DNA of 64,000 nucleotides from positions 256,001 to 320,000 of the forward strand of contig CAWBZI010000002.1 of the NCBI GenBank assembly GCA_963793265.1. Reading direction: 5' to 3'. Positions 1 through 9,917 of this stretch are shown in pieces. The DNA is from an uncultured cyanobacterium. Lineage in GTDB: Bacteria; Cyanobacteriota; Cyanobacteriia; Phormidesmidales; Phormidesmidaceae. The notes below the pieces were generated by a model. It did not search any database, had not been told where the DNA came from, and was given only the letters and a program-made list of their open reading frames with translations. Made by a program: the position numbers and the translations under genes. The number at the start of each line of letters is the position of its first letter. Position 1 is the stretch's first letter.

Positions 1-522
1 CCTGGCACCGACATTCTACTTGGCCCTGAAATGCGCTCCACCGGAGAAGTCATGGGTATCGACACCAGCTTCGGCCTGGCCTATGCAAAGGCTGAACTTG
101 CCGCCGGGCAGCATCTCCCCGACTCAGGCACCGTCTTCATCTCCGTCAACGACCGCGACAAGCCCGCCGTTATCCCTATCGCCCAAGGCTTTGCCGACTT
201 AGGCTTTAGCCTTCTCGCCACTGGCGGCACCCACAAAGCGCTCAAAGACGCAGGCATTCCAGTCGAACTCACCCTCAAAATTCACGAGGGCCGCCCTCAC
301 GTAGGCGACGCCCTCAAAAACCAGCTCATCAATCTTGTCGTCAACTCGCCCATTGGCATCGCCGCCCAAGAAGACGACCGCATCATCCGCCGTAGCGCCC
401 TGGAATACAAAATCCCGATTGTTACCACCATCGCCGGAGCTAAAGCTACCTTATCTGCAATCCAATCACTTCGAGAAAACAAAATCACCGTCAAGGCCCT
501 TCAAGACTATTTGAAACCATAG
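1..522 (+). CDS. carB: Carbamoyl-phosphate synthase large subunit, C-terminal part with MGS domain (5' end outside window)
   Basis: Frame 1 reads PGTDILLGPEMRSTGEVMGID...GTVFISVNDRDK...LATGGTH...KIHEGRPHV...IRRSALEYKIPIVTTIAGA, the typical CarB C-terminus. Confidence 0.97.
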   Translation, partial: PGTDILLGPEMRSTGEVMGIDTSFGLAYAKAELAAGQHLPDSGTVFISVNDRDKPAVIPIAQGFADLGFSLLATGGTHKALKDAGIPVELTLKIHEGRPHVGDALKNQLINLVVNSPIGIAAQEDDRIIRRSALEYKIPIVTTIAGAKATLSAIQSLRENKITVKALQDYLKP

Positions 523-539
523 GAACCAAAGAAAGAAAC

Positions 540-752
540 TTATGAAAGCTTAATACCTGATTGTTTCTCGATAGATTTCAAGGTGCCTATAGGAATCACT
601 TTACTGCTGTGAATTGGCACAATTGCAGTACGCCTTGTTTCTGCGTTAAACAGCTTCAGGTGCGAACCGCTCTGCGAGGCTTCGACAAACCCAGCGGCCT
701 TGAGCTGTTTGACAACTTGCTTAGCAGTTAGCCGAGGCGTTCTAGATGACAT
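540..752 (-). CDS. hicA: HicA-family toxin (mRNA interferase)
   Basis: 70 aa; LKAAGF...SGSHLKL...AIVPIH...IPIGTLKSIEKQSG matches the HicA pattern including the GSH catalytic His. Confidence 0.9.
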   Translation of the reverse strand: MSSRTPRLTAKQVVKQLKAAGFVEASQSGSHLKLFNAETRRTAIVPIHSSKVIPIGTLKSIEKQSGIKLS

Positions 753-762
753 ATCAACAACG

Positions 763-972
763 CTAAAGGGCCAATTGCATAACTTCAGCAGGAGGTTGCA
801 TATCCAATAGATGCTCAGGAATGGGCTCTAGCATAAGCTGAATGGCATCTTTAAGATTTTCTATAGCCTCCTCCCGCGTCTCTCCGAAAGAAGAAACAAA
901 ATTCAGCTCTGGGCAAGTAGCTGAATATGACTGCGCTTCGTCGTCCCATTCCAAAATTGCTCGAACTGTCAC
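763..972 (-). CDS. hicB: Short HicB-family antitoxin with no C-terminal DNA-binding domain
   Basis: 69 aa, GTG start; YSATCPELNFVSSFGETREEAIENLKDAI is the HicB N-terminal motif; adjacent to hicA. Confidence 0.88.
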   Translation of the reverse strand: MTVRAILEWDDEAQSYSATCPELNFVSSFGETREEAIENLKDAIQLMLEPIPEHLLDMQPPAEVMQLAL

Positions 973-1021
973 TAGCTTGTTTCCTCTGCTGCGTTAGTCA
1001 ACAGATTCATGATAGCAGCAC

Positions 1022-1057
1022 AAAAAAACTCCCTAGCATCCAAAAGACGCTAGGGAG
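1022..1057 (-). terminator. Intrinsic terminator after the PEP-CTERM gene
   Basis: CTCCCTAGC/GCTAGGGAG stem followed by a 7-T run on the minus strand, ~40 nt past the stop codon. Confidence 0.8.
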
Positions 1058-1094
1058 CAAGTAACCTACTCAAACTTAAAAACTTATATCGGCT

Positions 1095-1949
1095 TTATGC
1101 CATACGACGACGCAGGCGAGCCGACAGCAGACCAAACGCAGCTAGACCGAGCAGTGCGCCAGGCTCCGGTACATCCTGGGCAAAGTCTCCTGAGATGGCA
1201 ATGCCGTCATTCGCGCACTCTTCTAACAAGTGAGCGATATACGATGCGTTGGTTGGCAGTAGCGAGCGGTCAAACTTGAAGGTGATTTGCTCGGTGCCTG
1301 TTGCATTGAAGTGAGCAAAATCTAAACCTGCTGTAGAGGCGTCTTGAGCATTTACAAAGTCAATACTGCCTAAGCGATCACCCCCATCAATTACGTTCTT
1401 AATCTGCGTATTTTGGCCGGTTGTATTGCCCGCATAGTAGCTATACACGCTCTCTTTTGTTGAAAAGTCTGTACCCCAAGAATTCTCTCTTTCAAATCCT
1501 GCCTGGTAGTAACCTTTCAAAGTATTGTAGCCTGCATTCTGCGCGCCAACGCCTTTGGCCGATACGCTACCATACACCCCTGTTTGAGCAACGCCTGAAT
1601 CTGTTCTAGTCGCAAACTTAACTGCAAACAAGCTGCTGTTTGCGCTCGCATCGTTGAAAGTGCCGCTGCCAAAATCAAAGAATAAATCGCCCCAGCCTAC
1701 GTTGTTGTTAGTGGCACTGTTGTTCGTAACGCCCGCTAGTGGAAGGTTAGCGCTAATCGACACGTAGATATTTTCAGCAGTCTCTTTGATTGCCAAACCC
1801 TTGATGTCGTAAACAGAACCGCCTGACGAATCACCGAATGCATCAACGCTGTAGTTCCAGCCCTGATGCAGTTGCCCGGCCTGTGCAGCCTGCGTACCCG
1901 CTAGGCTCAAAGCTACGGTTCCAGCAACTAAAACAGTTTTCTTAAACAT
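1095..1949 (-). CDS. PEP-CTERM exosortase-sorted surface protein (possibly XDD3-like)
   Basis: Signal peptide MFKKTVLVAG...AQA; C-terminal VPEP + hydrophobic helix + RLRRR; ATG at 1949 preferred over the upstream TTG. Confidence 0.9.
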   Translation of the reverse strand: MFKKTVLVAGTVALSLAGTQAAQAGQLHQGWNYSVDAFGDSSGGSVYDIKGLAIKETAENIYVSISANLPLAGVTNNSATNNNVGWGDLFFDFGSGTFNDASANSSLFAVKFATRTDSGVAQTGVYGSVSAKGVGAQNAGYNTLKGYYQAGFERENSWGTDFSTKESVYSYYAGNTTGQNTQIKNVIDGGDRLGSIDFVNAQDASTAGLDFAHFNATGTEQITFKFDRSLLPTNASYIAHLLEECANDGIAISGDFAQDVPEPGALLGLAAFGLLSARLRRRMA

Positions 1950-2221
1950 GAGCAAACCCCTTTTCCTTAGTAGAATTGCGGAACGCTTTATTGTTTATCC
2001 CTCAGTGTTTTCCGCTGAGTTTCGGTATAAACAACTACGTTTCGCTTGTCTTACTGTTGTATTCACGCAGACTCTTAGGTGATAAGGGTGCTAGCAATCA
2101 GTTTGCAATCACTTTATAAATCACGTGAATATGTAAGGAAGCTAGGAACTTTGTTCTATAGGTGTTAGTCTGCTGGAAATTTTCTTGATTTTGGAGGGCG
2201 TAAGGTCTTGCGCCCTTACGG

Positions 2222-2884
2222 TTATGCAGGCAGACCCCAGTGTGTCGGAGCAAAGTCGGCTAGTCTCGGAAGTATTTCGTCAGCCTGCTGATAGAGTTCG
2301 CGGTTCATGTGTGCAGCGGGCACGGCGACAACAAACATGCCAGCCGCTTTAGCGGCTTTTACCCCTGCTGGAGAATCTTCAAATACCAAACATGTCGCGG
2401 GATCGGCCTTTAGCCGTGTTGCAGCCACTAAGAAGCTATCGGGTGCGGGCTTGCTGCGTTTAACCGCTGGATCGCTGCCTAGCACAATGGCGTCAAACGT
2501 CGCTAGCCAGTCTTGATAGCGCTGCGTTTTGAGGTTGAATGTAACGGCTGCTGAACTGGTGGCGATCGCCTGCGGCACCCCCAAATCATAAAACCGCTGC
2601 GTCATCACCCTTGCGCCCGGCATCGGCATGGCCTCAGGCAGCATGTCATAAATCAGCTCATCCCTGGCCGCCAGGTGCTCCTCAGCCGTCAGCGGCAAAT
2701 CCAAATCATCCACTAAAATCTGGGCGCAGTCCATCGCCTGCCGCCCCATAATTTTGCGATGCAGAGCGGGCGTAAATGTCTTGCCATAACGGCTGGCGAT
2801 CATCTCATTCACCCGGCAGTAAATCGGCTCTGTGTCTAGCAGCAGCCCGTCAAAGTCGTAAATAAGATGGGTGATTTTTGGCAT
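2222..2884 (-). CDS. HAD-IA family phosphatase (pseudouridine-5'-phosphatase/GS1-like)
   Basis: DFDGLLLDTE motif I, IATSS, KPAPD and VFEDSPAG motifs. Confidence 0.9.
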   Translation of the reverse strand: MPKITHLIYDFDGLLLDTEPIYCRVNEMIASRYGKTFTPALHRKIMGRQAMDCAQILVDDLDLPLTAEEHLAARDELIYDMLPEAMPMPGARVMTQRFYDLGVPQAIATSSAAVTFNLKTQRYQDWLATFDAIVLGSDPAVKRSKPAPDSFLVAATRLKADPATCLVFEDSPAGVKAAKAAGMFVVAVPAAHMNRELYQQADEILPRLADFAPTHWGLPA

Positions 2885-2968
2885 GTTCCTCGCAGCACGT
2901 AAGCTCTGGCAATTTTGCTATTAACTATGCCACGAGTCGCGCAAGCCCGCCGTTATCAGCCAACCAGT

Positions 2969-5900
2969 CTAAAAAGATAGCTGAATGCCGCCATCTATCA
3001 TCACGCCGTCATTATCGCTCCAGGTGTCTTGCATCCGAACATACAGGCCCGGCCCTTTAGATCGCCCAGTTCCTACCGTTTCCACAATGCGTTCCGGCTG
3101 AGCAGTGCCGCCTGCATCCGTACGAACCTCTGTTACAAACTGATTTACCGGCACCGCCACCATTTCTCCATTGGCTGCTGTCATCATTTCGACGACCGGC
3201 TCGCCGTTAGCATCTATCACTGGCTCTGTTTTATAAAGAGGGACAGCCTCGCCTGCTAAGTTGTACTGATAAGCTGCCCGCTGCCGTTCGCCAAAGGGAT
3301 GAAAAATGGCTGAGGCCCGCCAGCCTGCGCTAGTGCCTTCGCGATCGCGCCCAAAGAGCGTATTTTTTAAAAACAGCTCGGCCCGCAGCGTATTTGCCGC
3401 TGGCGTCCAAGGCGTATTGCCAAAGTTGAAGACACCGCCAAACGCAATTTCTCCGTCTACCGGCGCAGCATTCGCATAGCTATCGGTATCTGTGGTTGTG
3501 TCGGCTTCGACAATATCGGTGCGAGTACTCAGCGTTTCTATTACCTCTTCAGTCGTTGACTCGACCAAAACTTCCTCACCCGTTTGAGTGATGGTGGTTG
3601 TGTCTATATCCCGGCGCTCTGGATCAAACAGCACGGTTGAGGTGGGAGAAAAGGTGGGGTTCTCTAGCAAACCCTCGGTATTGATTTCAAAGGTCGCGGT
3701 GCCGGTTCGCTGCGATCGCTCGGTCGTCTCTACAGTTGTCGTCTCAATCTGTGAGGCAGGCGTGGAGAATATATTGATTGTCTCTAGCGATCGCCGCTGG
3801 TCGGTCGCTGTTGATATCGTAGAACGCCGCCGAGTGACCGTATCTTGCTGGTTGCCAATGCCGCCAGTGAGCGAAGCGCCTACATAGAGGCCGAAGGCTC
3901 TGGTCGTACGTGCGTATGCTCTTTGTCCGCCATCAGAAGCCAAAATTGGATAGATCTCATTGCCGACGCGTGCGTCTGCTTCACCCGGATCGTCCAAATC
4001 GACGGTTGAAGTGCGATCGCCGCTTAAAAACTCCGTATATAGTCCTTGAATGCCGTTAAACACAGCCGTCGCCGCATTCTGAGCGGCGATGGTATCTTCT
4101 ACCGCGTACACTTCTTCAGCCTCTTTTAAAAAGTTCTGCGGCTGCTGATCGGCTGAGATAATCCGAAAGCCACCCTCGACGATCTGATAGCCTTCCGCGC
4201 CGCCTTCTACGCCTTGAGTCACCTCGTAGGTTTGCCCGACCCGCAGGTTTTGGTCTGGCTGCTGCGGCACCAGCGCGTAGATTGCGCGCCTCGCCTCGCC
4301 TGGCGCTAGTGAAATTGGTTCACGCGCATACTCATCACTATCCCACTGCGGCACAAACACCATTTCACCGCCTACTTGCTCAATTAGCAGTCCGCCTACA
4401 TTGCGCGTATAGGCCGAATTTCCCACACCCACGCGCCAGGGATTTGGGGGGGCAATCATCACTGCCGAGTTAGTCGGAAGCTGAAAAACGCCGTTATCCG
4501 AGCTGAGCTGCTCGCCTTTAATCACCTCGCCTGAGCGATCGGGCACATAGCCCACCAGCCGCCGATTGTTGAACAAGCCGGTTGGCTCTAGCAGGCGATC
4601 CGACTGCCCGGTCTGAACGTCATTGCCCAAAGCATCTGTAGCCAGCCGATGCGTCCGGCTCAAAAACTGCGTTACGCTAACCGAGCCTACTAAACCCGCC
4701 TCGCCATCGCCCACAAAAGGATTGAACGTTAGCTCTCCTGACAATAAAGTCGGCGGTGCGCTCGGATTTTCAACCAGCGGCGCAAGCTGCCCGGCCGCGC
4801 TAAACCCGTCGCTTCCGGCCCTGATTTGCCCTGTACCGGCATAGCGGTTATACACAAGCTGCTCGCCCGCCTCAGTTCGCACGCCCACCGCATGAGTCAG
4901 CCGTGCTGCCGATAGCTCAGGAATCTCCACCCGCCCTCGATCAATCTCTTCTAAAACAATATCTTCAACCGTCTCAATCGTTTCTATCTCACCCTCTTCT
5001 ACCAGCAGCTCTCGCCTGATCTCGGGTTCTAGCAACGTCTCGTCCGTTCGCGTTGAAAACGTAACGTTGACATCATCTTCAATTGCGATCGCCTCTCCTA
5101 CACCCATCCGCACGTTTAGATAGTCACCGTCATTAAAGTCTTTGTCGCCGCCGCCCTGCAAATCTTCAACAATCAAATTGCCACTAGCATCAAAGTAAGC
5201 CCCAGACTCGGTTGCCGCCGCATTGTCACTACGCAAATTAAGGAGCTGAATTTCTATCCGCTCACCCTCTTCGTAAGTGACGAACAAAGATTCTGTTGTA
5301 TTTAAAAGCTGACCATCTGGCCCGCGTGTCACACCGTCTCCTCTTACAAAGGCGCGCGTTACTGGCTGACCATTGCCATCGACAACACTTGCACCCGGAA
5401 CAACATTACCGTCAGTATCTAACACCCTCACTTCAATACCTTCACCAAAGGCATGGTTGCCTACATCCTGGTTCAAGTTCAGCTCGGTCGTCACGTTTAC
5501 CGAGCCGTTCTGTAGCGTAAACGTTGGGCCAGCAGCGCCACTGTTGATCACACTGCCAAAATTCTCTCGAATGTAGTCTAAGTCAGTGCCTAAGATAACG
5601 CTGTTGGGCGCAAGCGTTCCGTCAGTAGTCGTTGGAATCGTCTGACCTGAGGCCGTTCCAGCCGGTACGTCTACCGGCAGTGGAATGCTCGAATTATTGG
5701 TTAAGTCTCCGGTATCGATAGTGTAGGCGTTGCGATTGACGCTCACGCCACCTGTATTGGCATCGCGATTTACCACCGCTTGAGCCTGCACCTCTTTATG
5801 TCCTGCAATCGCTAATCCGCCGGTCAGCAACAGCACCCTCATCAGCTTGTTCAACTGAGTATTGTCTTTGTGAAGCGCTTCATGAAGCATCCCTAGTTTC

Positions 5901-6007
5901 AAGGGATGCGCTGCTCGCGACGAGGCAACTTCTAACAGAGCCGTTGATGGAGCCACTGATGAGGATGTTGATGAAGCAGTGCGTTTGCTTGGCACAGGCG
6001 TTTTCAT
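2969..6007 (-). CDS. Large secreted acidic protein, putative outer-membrane protein; paralog 1 of 4
   Basis: Hydrophobic signal ending VQA-Q (true start may be an internal Met); EDLQGGGDKDFNDGDY motif; C-terminus DGGIQLSF; colinear with the three upstream paralogs. Confidence 0.85.
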   Translation of the reverse strand: MKTPVPSKRTASSTSSSVAPSTALLEVASSRAAHPLKLGMLHEALHKDNTQLNKLMRVLLLTGGLAIAGHKEVQAQAVVNRDANTGGVSVNRNAYTIDTGDLTNNSSIPLPVDVPAGTASGQTIPTTTDGTLAPNSVILGTDLDYIRENFGSVINSGAAGPTFTLQNGSVNVTTELNLNQDVGNHAFGEGIEVRVLDTDGNVVPGASVVDGNGQPVTRAFVRGDGVTRGPDGQLLNTTESLFVTYEEGERIEIQLLNLRSDNAAATESGAYFDASGNLIVEDLQGGGDKDFNDGDYLNVRMGVGEAIAIEDDVNVTFSTRTDETLLEPEIRRELLVEEGEIETIETVEDIVLEEIDRGRVEIPELSAARLTHAVGVRTEAGEQLVYNRYAGTGQIRAGSDGFSAAGQLAPLVENPSAPPTLLSGELTFNPFVGDGEAGLVGSVSVTQFLSRTHRLATDALGNDVQTGQSDRLLEPTGLFNNRRLVGYVPDRSGEVIKGEQLSSDNGVFQLPTNSAVMIAPPNPWRVGVGNSAYTRNVGGLLIEQVGGEMVFVPQWDSDEYAREPISLAPGEARRAIYALVPQQPDQNLRVGQTYEVTQGVEGGAEGYQIVEGGFRIISADQQPQNFLKEAEEVYAVEDTIAAQNAATAVFNGIQGLYTEFLSGDRTSTVDLDDPGEADARVGNEIYPILASDGGQRAYARTTRAFGLYVGASLTGGIGNQQDTVTRRRSTISTATDQRRSLETINIFSTPASQIETTTVETTERSQRTGTATFEINTEGLLENPTFSPTSTVLFDPERRDIDTTTITQTGEEVLVESTTEEVIETLSTRTDIVEADTTTDTDSYANAAPVDGEIAFGGVFNFGNTPWTPAANTLRAELFLKNTLFGRDREGTSAGWRASAIFHPFGERQRAAYQYNLAGEAVPLYKTEPVIDANGEPVVEMMTAANGEMVAVPVNQFVTEVRTDAGGTAQPERIVETVGTGRSKGPGLYVRMQDTWSDNDGVMIDGGIQLSF

Positions 6008-6094
6008 ATTGATTTTGGTGATTGTTTCTCTACGCTTTCATAGGCAATCTTCTATTTCCTGTCTATGCTAAAAACTACGTATCAAAAAACTTTG

Positions 6095-6115
6095 AAACTT
6101 TATGTCGTTAAAATT
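6095..6115. promoter_or_regulatory. Conserved imperfect palindrome upstream of paralog 1
   Basis: AAACTTTATGTCGTTAAAATT; matches 9445-9465 at 19/21 positions and resembles 12981-13000. Confidence 0.55.
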
Positions 6116-6121
6116 GTTGTA

Positions 6122-6153
6122 TAGGAAATTTCAAAAACTGCTGAAATTTCCTA
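6122..6153. repeat. Perfect 12-bp inverted repeat upstream of paralog 1
   Basis: TAGGAAATTTCA-N8-TGAAATTTCCTA. Confidence 0.6.
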
Positions 6154-6189
6154 CAGTGATAGTGCAACAACAACAATGATCTAAATCAC

Positions 6190-6223
6190 AAAAAGCGCCT
6201 CTCTTTAACAAGAGAAGCGCTTT
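6190..6223 (-). terminator. Intrinsic terminator after paralog 2
   Basis: AAAGCGCCTCTCT/AGAGAAGCGCTTT stem with T-run on the minus strand. Confidence 0.75.
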
Positions 6224-6227
6224 GAGA

Positions 6228-6270
6228 CTCTATTCCAATCAGCTCTATTCCAATCAGCTCTACTTCAATC
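6228..6270. repeat. 15-bp tandem repeat x3
   Basis: CTCTATTCCAATCAG twice, then the degenerate copy CTCTACTTCAATC. Confidence 0.85.
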
Positions 6271-6319
6271 GTAAGTGCGCGTTTAGAGCCTGCTTGCAAA
6301 CGCGGGCGGGCCTTAGCCC

Positions 6320-9184
6320 TTAAAAGGTGAACTGAAGTCCGCCGTCAAAGGCTACGCTGTCGCCGTCATCAAACGAATCTTCTACCCGTAGGTAAACGCC
6401 AGGCCCCTTCGAGCGACCTGTTCCTGCCATTTGAGGTATGCGATCGCCATTTTCATCCAGCACAAATCGGTTCACCGGCATCTCTACCGTTTCACCGTCA
6501 GGCCCTGTGAGCACCTCTACGACCTGATCTCCATTGGCATCTAGCACCGGCTCGGTTTCATAGATAGCCGACACTGCGCCCGTCTCATCATACTGATAGG
6601 CTTCTTCTCGCTTCTCGCCAAACGGATGGAAGATAGCAGCAGCGCGCCAGCCCACCTCAGAACCATCACCGCCACGGCCAATGACCGTATCTCTGCCAAA
6701 CAGCTCGGCGCGCAGCGTATTAGCCGCGGGTGTCCAGGGCGTGTTGCCGAAGTTCATCACGCCGCCTATAGCTAGCTCGCCGCGAATAGGGGTTGCGTTC
6801 GCATTGCTCTCCGAGCGCCGCTCAGGCTCACTGCTATCAGACTCAATTACGCGAGTTTCAAGGTTCTCAACTGTCTCAGTCGAATTCGACTCGACTAGCA
6901 CCTCGTCTTCAAGATCAATGCGATCGCCCGGCTCTAGCGTGCGCGTATTGGTATCGACAACTCTCGCTTCAGAAGTCGGATCAAACGCCACATTCTCAAG
7001 CGCGCCGTTCCCGTTGATATCAAAGCTGGCCGTGCCGTCTCTTTCAGTTGTCGTCGTCGTTTCAATCGTCGTCGAAAGCACCTGTACTCTAGGCGTTTCA
7101 AAGATATTCACCCGCCTTGAAATCCGCTGCAAGTCTGTCTCTGTTGTTAGCGTTGTGCGAATCTCATCAAACGTATCGCGCTGGTTACCAATACCTCCGG
7201 CTAATGAGCCTGCAATATAAAAGCCTGCGGCCCGAGTCGTGCGGCTATACGCCTGCTGTCCAATTTGTGGCAAGAGCGAATTACCCACTCGTGCATCAGC
7301 TAACTCTGGAATATTGGGATCGACAGTGGGCTCAAGTTCGCCGTCAGGCTCAATATACAGCCCGCGAATGCCGTTAAAGACAGCGGTCGCTGCGTTGTCT
7401 ATAGTCGGCAGCGTGTCTTCTACGGTATAAACCTCTGTGGTTTCTTGGTAGAAGTTCTCAGGATTTTGATCGGCAGCAATGATGGTAAAACCGCCGTCTG
7501 CAATCCGATAGTTTTCGCCGCTAGCATCAACGGTATAGGTTTGGCCTAGCGTTAGGTTTTGACCGGGCTGCTGAGGCACCAGCGCATAGATAATTCGACT
7601 GACTTCTCCAGGTGCTATGGCCGTTGGCGTTTGGGCATAGCCAGCGTTTGTCCACTGCGGCACAAACGTAAGCGATCCGTCTGTACCCTCTAAAATAAAA
7701 CCGCCTACGTTGTCGGTATAGGCAGCGTTGCCACGACCGACTCGGTTGGGATCAGGGGGTGCGATCGCAATGGCGCGATCCGAAGGCAGATCAAAAATAC
7801 CGTTCACCGCACTCACCTCCTGACTGGTTGGCACGTAGCCCACCATCCGACGGTTGTTGAATAAGCCTGTGGGCTCTAGCAGCCTGCGGTCGTCATCTTC
7901 GGGGGTAACCAGTTCGTTGCCAAAAATATCAGTCGCTTCGCGGTGAGTGCGGGTGATGAACTGGGTGATACCGATTGAGGTTGAGAAACCGGCTTCGTTG
8001 TCATCTGCAAACGGATCGAAAATGGCATCGGCTGTCAGTAAGGTCGGGGGCGCTTGAGGATTACCGATTAAAGGTCGTAGCTGACCTGTGGCACCTACGC
8101 CATCACTCCCTAAGCGCACTTGCCCGACTGAGGCATAGCGGTCATACACCAGCAGTTCATCGTCTTCAGTGCGCGCGCCAACGGCATGGCCTAGCCGGTT
8201 AGAAAGATTGTCAGGTAGCTCGACGCTGCCAAAATCTCGGTTGGCCTGAGTTACTTCTTCAGAAACTGCCGTGACCGTCTCAATCTCATCGCGCTCAATC
8301 ACTTCTTCTTCGCGCCGTTCAGGATCAAGCGGCTCAAACGCGTCCTCCGTGTCAGTCTCAACCACGGTGTCTCGCTCGATCGCGGCAGCAGTACCCTGTC
8401 CACCCGGCAGATCTACATATTCACCATCATCAAAGTCGAGGTCGCCGCCTTGTGGCAAATCTTCTGCAATGATCTGTCCGTCTCTCGTGAAATAGACGCC
8501 TGATTCTGAGGGCTGCGCGTTATTGTCTCTGACGTTGAGAATGCGCAGCTCAACCCGATCGTTTTCATCGTACTCAACGGTGATGCTTTCATTTGAAGGC
8601 AGCGTTTGTCCCTGAGGGCCTACTGTAACGCTATCGCCTCTAACAAATCTTCGCTCTTGACTGAGAACATTGCCATCTTGATCAAAGACGGTGACCTGGA
8701 TGCCCTCGCCAAACGCATGATTGCCCGGTACATAGTTCAGATCGAATGTAGTAGTGGTGCGTATGGAGTTGCGCTGAAGCGCAAACGTTGGCCCATCATC
8801 TCGATTCACAATCTCGTTAAAAGCGCGGTTGATGTACTCAAAATCTGTAGAGATATCGAGGCTGTTTGGCGCAAGCCGGTCGGTATCGACATCTAGCGCC
8901 TGCCCTTCTACGGTTTCTTCTGGCAGCTCCGTAGGCAGTGGAATATCCGAGGTATTGGTGAGTGGCCCCGTGTTGATGTCAAAGGCGTTTTGATCGACAA
9001 AGACAGCACCCGTATTGTCGTCACGGTTGACGCTCACGCGTGATCTGGACGGTGCTGTTTGGGCGATCGCACTTTGGCCGACAAGACCAAGACCACCAGC
9101 AATCATAAATACCGCCCATAGCAGCTTGAATGTAGGTGTGCTAAAAGAGGTGCTGGCTGATTGGGGGCGGATGAATAGAGACAT
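6320..9184 (-). CDS. Large secreted acidic protein, putative outer-membrane protein; paralog 2 of 4
   Basis: Signal peptide ending AIA-Q; EDLPQGGDLDFDDGEY; C-terminus DGGLQFTF. Confidence 0.87.
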   Translation of the reverse strand: MSLFIRPQSASTSFSTPTFKLLWAVFMIAGGLGLVGQSAIAQTAPSRSRVSVNRDDNTGAVFVDQNAFDINTGPLTNTSDIPLPTELPEETVEGQALDVDTDRLAPNSLDISTDFEYINRAFNEIVNRDDGPTFALQRNSIRTTTTFDLNYVPGNHAFGEGIQVTVFDQDGNVLSQERRFVRGDSVTVGPQGQTLPSNESITVEYDENDRVELRILNVRDNNAQPSESGVYFTRDGQIIAEDLPQGGDLDFDDGEYVDLPGGQGTAAAIERDTVVETDTEDAFEPLDPERREEEVIERDEIETVTAVSEEVTQANRDFGSVELPDNLSNRLGHAVGARTEDDELLVYDRYASVGQVRLGSDGVGATGQLRPLIGNPQAPPTLLTADAIFDPFADDNEAGFSTSIGITQFITRTHREATDIFGNELVTPEDDDRRLLEPTGLFNNRRMVGYVPTSQEVSAVNGIFDLPSDRAIAIAPPDPNRVGRGNAAYTDNVGGFILEGTDGSLTFVPQWTNAGYAQTPTAIAPGEVSRIIYALVPQQPGQNLTLGQTYTVDASGENYRIADGGFTIIAADQNPENFYQETTEVYTVEDTLPTIDNAATAVFNGIRGLYIEPDGELEPTVDPNIPELADARVGNSLLPQIGQQAYSRTTRAAGFYIAGSLAGGIGNQRDTFDEIRTTLTTETDLQRISRRVNIFETPRVQVLSTTIETTTTTERDGTASFDINGNGALENVAFDPTSEARVVDTNTRTLEPGDRIDLEDEVLVESNSTETVENLETRVIESDSSEPERRSESNANATPIRGELAIGGVMNFGNTPWTPAANTLRAELFGRDTVIGRGGDGSEVGWRAAAIFHPFGEKREEAYQYDETGAVSAIYETEPVLDANGDQVVEVLTGPDGETVEMPVNRFVLDENGDRIPQMAGTGRSKGPGVYLRVEDSFDDGDSVAFDGGLQFTF

Positions 9185-9444
9185 GGGGGGACTTCAGGAA
9201 GGGAGTTTCTAGTGATAGTAGATTTGCTTAACGTTTGTCGCAGGTGGGTTTGCGCGGCCTTTGTAAACGTTTGACGTTATCTTCAGGGATGGTGCTGAAC
9301 TATATTTCAGTATGAATACTTATTCTCTGTGAGTTTTTTAAAATTGACATTCACAGTAAAACCTTCTAGGAAAAGGCGTAAACCTATTGAGATGAGTTAA
9401 AACAAGCCTTCTCTAGGGGAACCAAAGGGTTGAAATATAGTCTA

Positions 9445-9465
9445 AAACTTCATGTTGTTAAAATT
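9445..9465. promoter_or_regulatory. Conserved imperfect palindrome upstream of paralog 2
   Basis: AAACTTCATGTTGTTAAAATT. Confidence 0.55.
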
Positions 9466-9917
9466 TCGTACATGGCGGCTCAGGATGTAGCAAAGCTCAC
9501 GAAGGGTTCATGAAAGTGCGACTGTAGGCAAACGCTATACGAAGGGTTATAAAAGCCTCCTTTAAGGCGCGATAAAGACTCAGCGCAGAGCGCAACAACA
9601 ACTTTCTCTGAGCATTACGCCTCCTAAGAGAGCGCTCACCAAAGACGCTACCAACTTGTCGTGACTTCTATAAGACGCTACCGCTTTGTACGTATTTCTG
9701 CTATTGCCTTCATATTTTCTTTACCTTGTAGCTATAAAAGCCCATCGCTTTGTGTCAGTTCTTAGGGGCTTCCTGTTAAAACGGCCATATTCCGCTAGTG
9801 GTAGATCTTTGAGCAGCTTCAGCTCAAAGTGATTTAGCTCACGGCCCAACGGTAATTTCGGCGAGCTGCTCAGTGATATCACTTAATCGTTTATCAAGGC
9901 CCTAAGAAAATAATTCT

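Noticed and set aside
6228..6270. Short repeat arrays as possible CRISPR
   Set aside because: Units are 11-15 bp, directly adjacent with no spacers, and no cas genes are present
9522..9570. GGCAAAC...CGAAGG...AAAGCCTCC resembles a c-di-GMP-I riboswitch
   Set aside because: The stem around the putative tetraloop does not pair, the GACGC element is missing, and it is antisense to the flanking genes. An Infernal search with RF01051 would settle it.
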